Shown: positions 59,646 through 64,000 of the stretch, piece by piece
How positions within the stretch are numbered: position 1 is the first letter of the stretch
How the letters are laid out: each line of letters starts with the position of its first letter
NCBI GenBank assembly: GCA_043823195.1
Contig: JBDRAZ010000103.1
Coordinates: 42,038-106,037 of the forward strand
Length of the DNA: 64,000 nt
Source: an archaeon
Lineage (GTDB): Archaea > Nanobdellota > Nanobdellia > Woesearchaeales > JBDRAZ01
Reading direction: 5' to 3'
Translations under genes and position numbers: made by a program
The notes under the pieces: generated by a model
Seen by the model: the letters and a program-made list of their open reading frames with translations, nothing else
What the model was told of the DNA's origin: nothing
Database searches by the model: none

Positions 59646-60931
59646 ATAAGGAAGAAATCCGGAACCGTATTTCAGAGCTGGTTACCCAGTACTATGGCAG
59701 CGAAAAACGCGGGTTTGTCCCAGGCAAGACCAGGATTGGCGTGGGTGCTCCCGTATATGATGACAAAGAAGTGATGCATGTCATTGACTCCCTCTTCTCC
59801 GGCTGGATCTCGCAATCCAGGAACGTCGCTGACCTTGAAAGGGACTATGCAGCCTATCATGGGGTCAAGTATGCTGTTGCCCTTAATTCAGGATCTTCTG
59901 CAAATCTGATCGCGCTCCTGGCCCTCATTGAGTCCGGCAAGATCAAACAGGGTAGCGAGGTCATCGTTCCTGCTACTACTTTCCCTACAGTGGCATCCCC
60001 AATTATTCAGCTTGGGCTGAAACCGGTCTTTGTTGATGTTGACGGGGCGTCATTTAATCTTGATCCTGAAGCAGTCCGCTCTGCAATCACAGCCAAAACC
60101 AGTGTTATCATGCCTGCGCATTTTCTCGGCTATCCGGCAGACATGGAGCAGATGGTGCAGATCGCCAGGGAACACAGCCTGCACATAATTGAAGACTGCT
60201 GCGAGGCGCACGGCGCCAGGTTCAGGGGGAAGCTGGTAGGCACCTTTGGGGACATGGGCACCTATTCATTCTTTGTTGCCCATAACATAACCTGCGGCGA
60301 AGGCGGCATGATAATCACTGATAATGCGGAGTACTATGAGCTGGCAAGGTCACTGCGCGCCTTTGGGAGGGCCTGCACCTGCCCAATTTGCCTGGTCACA
60401 CAAGGTAAGCCATGCAAGCTCAGGGATTTCCATGACCCCGTGCTTGCCAACTACAACATCAGGCAGGTGTTTCTCAGGCTTGGCTATGCGCTTAAGATGA
60501 CTGAGATGCAGGCTGCCTTCTGCATTGAACAGCTGAAAAAGCTGGACAATTTCAACTCCCAAAGAACTGAAAACGCAGAGTTCTACACCGAACACATTCG
60601 TTCAGGGCATCTGCAGCTGCCCGCGGCAGGCGCAGGCATAGCCCATGCATATTATGGATATGCAATCGTTATCAGAAAAGATGCGCCCTTCAGCAGGGAT
60701 CAGTTTGTGAAGCACCTGGAGGACCGCAGGGTTGAGACACGGCCGTTCTTTGGCGGATCACTCCCTGACCAGCCGGCCTTCAGGAATCAGGACATTAAGA
60801 TTGCCGGCAAACTGCCAAATTCTGACTGGGTACGGGATTACGGTGTTTTTATCGGCTGCCATCCCGGCATCGGCAAGGAAGAAAGGCAATATGTGGTTGA
60901 TGTCATCAGGTCCTTTACGTCTCAGTATTGA
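59642..60931 (+). CDS. DegT-fold PMP-dependent sugar 3-dehydratase-like enzyme (E1/ColD-like) with Cys cluster motif
   Basis: SFFVAHNITCGEGGMIITDN (His for Lys), IEDCCEAHGA, C-x-C-x2-C-x7-C (CTCPICLVTQGKPC) reminiscent of the E1 C-x-C..C-x7-C Fe-S ligands. Confidence 0.5.
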   Translation: MNKEEIRNRISELVTQYYGSEKRGFVPGKTRIGVGAPVYDDKEVMHVIDSLFSGWISQSRNVADLERDYAAYHGVKYAVALNSGSSANLIALLALIESGKIKQGSEVIVPATTFPTVASPIIQLGLKPVFVDVDGASFNLDPEAVRSAITAKTSVIMPAHFLGYPADMEQMVQIAREHSLHIIEDCCEAHGARFRGKLVGTFGDMGTYSFFVAHNITCGEGGMIITDNAEYYELARSLRAFGRACTCPICLVTQGKPCKLRDFHDPVLANYNIRQVFLRLGYALKMTEMQAAFCIEQLKKLDNFNSQRTENAEFYTEHIRSGHLQLPAAGAGIAHAYYGYAIVIRKDAPFSRDQFVKHLEDRRVETRPFFGGSLPDQPAFRNQDIKIAGKLPNSDWVRDYGVFIGCHPGIGKEERQYVVDVIRSFTSQY

Positions 60932-62774
60932 CCCGGACCAGCCAGACCTCCCTCCCATGCCCGAACTTCCTTTCAACAACAAATTTATCAGAGCCTTCAA
61001 TGTCTGAATAGAGGTCCGGATTAATGGCAAGCACCCTCATCTGCTCCTCCGGGTCCCCCGCCCAGTCAACCCATCCGGTGTTTTCAGTGATCTGGATTTT
61101 AGGCAGCAGGACATACGAGAACCCGCCCCTGACATGAGAATAAAGGTTCTCCGCATTCTGGGACTCTATGGATGTCCAGTTGTATTCCTCAGTGAAGCTG
61201 CCGGCAACCTTGTACCTGTACCTGTAGAATCTCAAAGGCATGCCGCCGCCGACCTTAATTGCATAAATGCCGGCATCATCAGGGACGTAGTCCGCAATAT
61301 ATGCAACAGCATCCCTGTACGGAAAATTGAGAGGGCGCTCGCGGTAGGTCAATGTTAGGGAATTGGCAGCCAGCAGCAGGGCAATTATCGAATATGCGGC
61401 ATACCCGGCCCATTTGGGATATGGCCTGAGCACCGCCAGAAGGAGGACTGCGCTGATGAATATGCAGGCGGGAAGATACGGCGCAACAAGCCGGCCGAAA
61501 TGCATGCCGATGCCATAGGCAAGGTCTGAAACAAAGAATGCATACCACCCCACGAACCAGGCCAGTGAAACTGTAAACAGCAGATGCCTTCTGCGGGCAG
61601 CCACCATATAGGCCATGCCCAGGATGAAGCAGACATAGAGTATCCAGCCAAGCTGATCCTGCAGCAGGGCAAAATACCGTGTCACGAGGCCGAATGAGGT
61701 CCAGTTTGAGATGTAAAATGTGTATTTTCGCCACGTGAACAGGCTGTTTATTGCAAGGATTGGCACTACCGGGATCATCAGCGGGTATGCGCTTTTTGCA
61801 ATATCCCAGGCTTTCCTGCGATGCAACAGCAGCACAACCGCCATGATTGGCACGGTAAACAGGATAGGCCTTTTGTAAAGAAATCCCAGGTAAAAGAAAA
61901 TGGCAAGGAGCAGTGCGTCCCGCGTACTGCCGTGCATTGCCCACCTGCTGAAGTAGTACATGATGGCCAGCACAAAAAAGACAGTGCCGGCTGTCAGGTA
62001 CCCCAGGTGCGCCCATACAAAGAAGCCCGGGGCAAGCAGCAGGAAGGCCGCGCACTGGAGCGATATGTCCCTGCTGTAGAGCCCTGCAAACCTGAACATA
62101 AAGGCTGCCGACAGGCAATAGAAAATCAGTGACGGCAGTCTGGCAGAAAACTCGCTGACCGGCAGCAACAGGAAGCTCAGGTATGCCGGAATCACGCTTA
62201 ACGGCGGAAAGCGCACCAGGCCCTCATACATTATGCTGATTGTCTGGCCTGATGCGGCAGAGTAGCTTCCTATGAACTGGTTTGCCAGGAAAAAATATCC
62301 GTTGAGGATTGCAGCGGCAGCTATATGTGATATGGCCGGATGGATCTTAAGCCGGATCCTGCCCAGCAGCAGCCATCCGAGAGCCAAGGCGGCAATTGCC
62401 AGGCAGATTGCGGCCTTTGCCGGGATTGGCAGGAGGTCTGCCAGCCTGTCTGTCAGTGTTACAAAGGATATTGCACGGTTAACGTGATAGGCTTCATCCC
62501 CTGACGCATATATCGGGTGGCTCATGGCCGGGATATGCAGTGCAGCCGCTGCCGCCAAAAGCGCAATCAGGGCAAGGTTCATTCTAATCCTTGGAAGCCC
62601 GATTTCGGTCTTGCCGAATATCCGCACGAGGATGATCCTGTTGGCAAAAATCCATATAAGCATAAGGTTGAATGCAAGAAACCTGATCCAGGCAGGGGCT
62701 TCGGGAAACACCCACACCGGATACACAATCAGGGAAAAGACAAGGATCAGGTCAATTATTCTGGTTCCTCTCAT
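60915..62774 (-). CDS. GT-C-like polytopic membrane protein with C-terminal soluble domain
   Basis: 619 aa. First-loop SGDEAYHVNRA resembles the GT-C DE motif. About 13 TM helices, then a ~130-aa hydrophilic tail. Confidence 0.5.
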   Translation of the reverse strand: MRGTRIIDLILVFSLIVYPVWVFPEAPAWIRFLAFNLMLIWIFANRIILVRIFGKTEIGLPRIRMNLALIALLAAAAALHIPAMSHPIYASGDEAYHVNRAISFVTLTDRLADLLPIPAKAAICLAIAALALGWLLLGRIRLKIHPAISHIAAAAILNGYFFLANQFIGSYSAASGQTISIMYEGLVRFPPLSVIPAYLSFLLLPVSEFSARLPSLIFYCLSAAFMFRFAGLYSRDISLQCAAFLLLAPGFFVWAHLGYLTAGTVFFVLAIMYYFSRWAMHGSTRDALLLAIFFYLGFLYKRPILFTVPIMAVVLLLHRRKAWDIAKSAYPLMIPVVPILAINSLFTWRKYTFYISNWTSFGLVTRYFALLQDQLGWILYVCFILGMAYMVAARRRHLLFTVSLAWFVGWYAFFVSDLAYGIGMHFGRLVAPYLPACIFISAVLLLAVLRPYPKWAGYAAYSIIALLLAANSLTLTYRERPLNFPYRDAVAYIADYVPDDAGIYAIKVGGGMPLRFYRYRYKVAGSFTEEYNWTSIESQNAENLYSHVRGGFSYVLLPKIQITENTGWVDWAGDPEEQMRVLAINPDLYSDIEGSDKFVVERKFGHGREVWLVRVNTET

Positions 62775-62867
62775 AATCCGTTGCCAGTATCAATTATAAT
62801 AAATACATTTCGCAACCGCAAAACATATATATATTCATCTGCAAATGGCGGATATGGGGGATCATGG

Positions 62868-64000
62868 ATGGAATTATTCACAATAGCCGTATTTCTGGTC
62901 ATTACATGGGGTCTGGGATTCTCGCTTACATTCTGGCTCAAGGCAGCAAAGGATAATGCCGAGAGGAACATCATGCGTGCCGGTGTTGGGCTATCGGCGA
63001 TACCGGTCCTTGGGTCGGTGCTCAATCTGCTTCATATACCGATTGACTGGCGGGCCTTCCTCCTTGCGGGCATGATTGTCCCGTTATATTCCCTGTACAG
63101 CCACCGGCAGGGGATCGCCGGGTTTCTGAAGTCCGCCGGGCCCAGGATCAGGATCACGAAATCCGCCCTTTCGTTTATGGGCGTGCTGCTGATCTTTATG
63201 CTGGCTTTTTACACCTATCATAAGGGGGCCTTTGCCTACCCCTGGCTGGAAGACGATGATTCCTGGAATCATGCGCTTGGCGCCAAATACGTCGCACTTG
63301 AAAAGACAGCCGATGAGCCTGAGGGCAAAAGCGTTTTGCAGTATCTTGATCCCTACCCGCCTGGCTACGATATACTGGTTGGGATCCTTCACCAGACCAA
63401 TTCATCGGTGAGCTGGACCTTGAAATATTTTAATGCGCTCATCATCTCATTGAGCCTTCTGTTCTTCTATTTCTTTGCCGGCCGCTTTACCCATAACCGG
63501 GGAAAGGCCCTGTTTGCCACATTTATTCTTGCGGCTGTTCCGCCCTACTTCACGCACTTTATCTGGGCTCACTCGCTTGTCATCACGATTTTCATTGTCC
63601 TGATATATGCCCTTCAGATGCTTAAGAAAGACAAGGGGTGGAAGTATCCCGCTGCGGTTGCCTATGCCGGTGTCCTGACAACCCAGCCGACCCAGGCCAT
63701 CAAGGTCACATTGCTGGTCCTGATCTACATGCTGATAAAGTACCTTGTGGAAAAAAAGCACGCAAGGGAGATTATCTTTTCCCTGGCTGCAGGTCTTGCC
63801 CTCTCTCTTTCATGGTGGGCAACCAAATGGCGGGGTATGCTCGGGGTTCATCTTGGCCCCTCAGACGGCCCGATAATGACGCAGTACACCTCGCCGGGAC
63901 TGGCAAACAAGATCATATCCCTCATGAAGACATTTGCGCCGGTCCCAAGCAGGATAGACTATGACTGGAATTCGATTCTCTATGTGTCACTGCAGAACAA
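62868..64000 (+). CDS. polytopic membrane protein, 5' partial in window (possible GT-C; YPWLEDDDSW acidic loop)
   Basis: My own translation from ATG 62868 (MELFTIAVFLVITWGLGF...) runs open to the window end with multiple TM helices. It is not in the ORF track because there is no stop in the window. Confidence 0.4.
   Translation, partial: MELFTIAVFLVITWGLGFSLTFWLKAAKDNAERNIMRAGVGLSAIPVLGSVLNLLHIPIDWRAFLLAGMIVPLYSLYSHRQGIAGFLKSAGPRIRITKSALSFMGVLLIFMLAFYTYHKGAFAYPWLEDDDSWNHALGAKYVALEKTADEPEGKSVLQYLDPYPPGYDILVGILHQTNSSVSWTLKYFNALIISLSLLFFYFFAGRFTHNRGKALFATFILAAVPPYFTHFIWAHSLVITIFIVLIYALQMLKKDKGWKYPAAVAYAGVLTTQPTQAIKVTLLVLIYMLIKYLVEKKHAREIIFSLAAGLALSLSWWATKWRGMLGVHLGPSDGPIMTQYTSPGLANKIISLMKTFAPVPSRIDYDWNSILYVSLQN

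Noticed and set aside
11722-62774. Mobile-element or prophage origin for the island
   Set aside because: No integrase, transposase, tRNA attachment site or phage structural genes were seen in the window. Direct repeats are limited to the 12-bp pair at 44235/44308.

Overview
The window looks archaeal, probably euryarchaeote-like. TATA-like boxes sit about 20-35 nt upstream of many start codons, Shine-Dalgarno GGAGG-type ribosome-binding sites are present, and the genes include an Lrp/AsnC regulator, a GTP-type PEP carboxykinase, an NFACT protein and a small ribosomal-like zinc-ribbon gene. Positions 1-11,600 are housekeeping and metabolism: a glmS 3' fragment, two class-I aminotransferases, a SAM methyltransferase, a GlgC-like sugar-1-P adenylyltransferase, aspartate aminotransferase, lrp, pckG, NFACT and a Kazal-domain Cys-rich lipoprotein. 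From about 11.7 kb to the window end (more than 50 kb) lies a dense surface-glycan island. It carries UDP-glucose dehydrogenase, UDP-xylose synthase, five short-chain dehydrogenase/reductase (SDR) epimerase/dehydratase genes, a second nucleotide-sugar dehydrogenase, two DegT-type aminotransferases, two E1/ColD-like 3-dehydratases with Cys-cluster motifs, and a NodU/CmcH carbamoyltransferase. It also carries GT2 and GT4 glycosyltransferases, four GT-C-like polytopic membrane proteins, a Wzx flippase, and a ribbon-helix-helix (RHH)-nucleotidyltransferase fusion. Woven through the same island are 14 radical-SAM (rSAM) genes. Six are paralogs of one SPASM/twitch-type family; one of these is inactivated by a 19-bp insertion and one carries a TPR tail. 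One is a distinct SPASM rSAM translationally coupled to an HprK-like P-loop kinase and a 146-aa repeat protein. Two are Zn-ribbon-rSAM paralogs. Five are B12-binding class-B rSAMs, one of them frameshifted in a T11 tract. Three paralogous CBM11/CIA30-like beta-sandwich domains are present: one fused to a GT-C protein, one split from a GT-C protein, and one free. No transposase, integrase, CRISPR array, rRNA or convincing tRNA was seen. The best candidate for an undescribed system is this rSAM-saturated glycan/peptide-modification island, especially the rSAM-SPASM + HprK-like kinase module and the GT-C + CBM + Zn-ribbon-rSAM modules. All functional calls rest on motif-level reading of the translations; no database search was possible.
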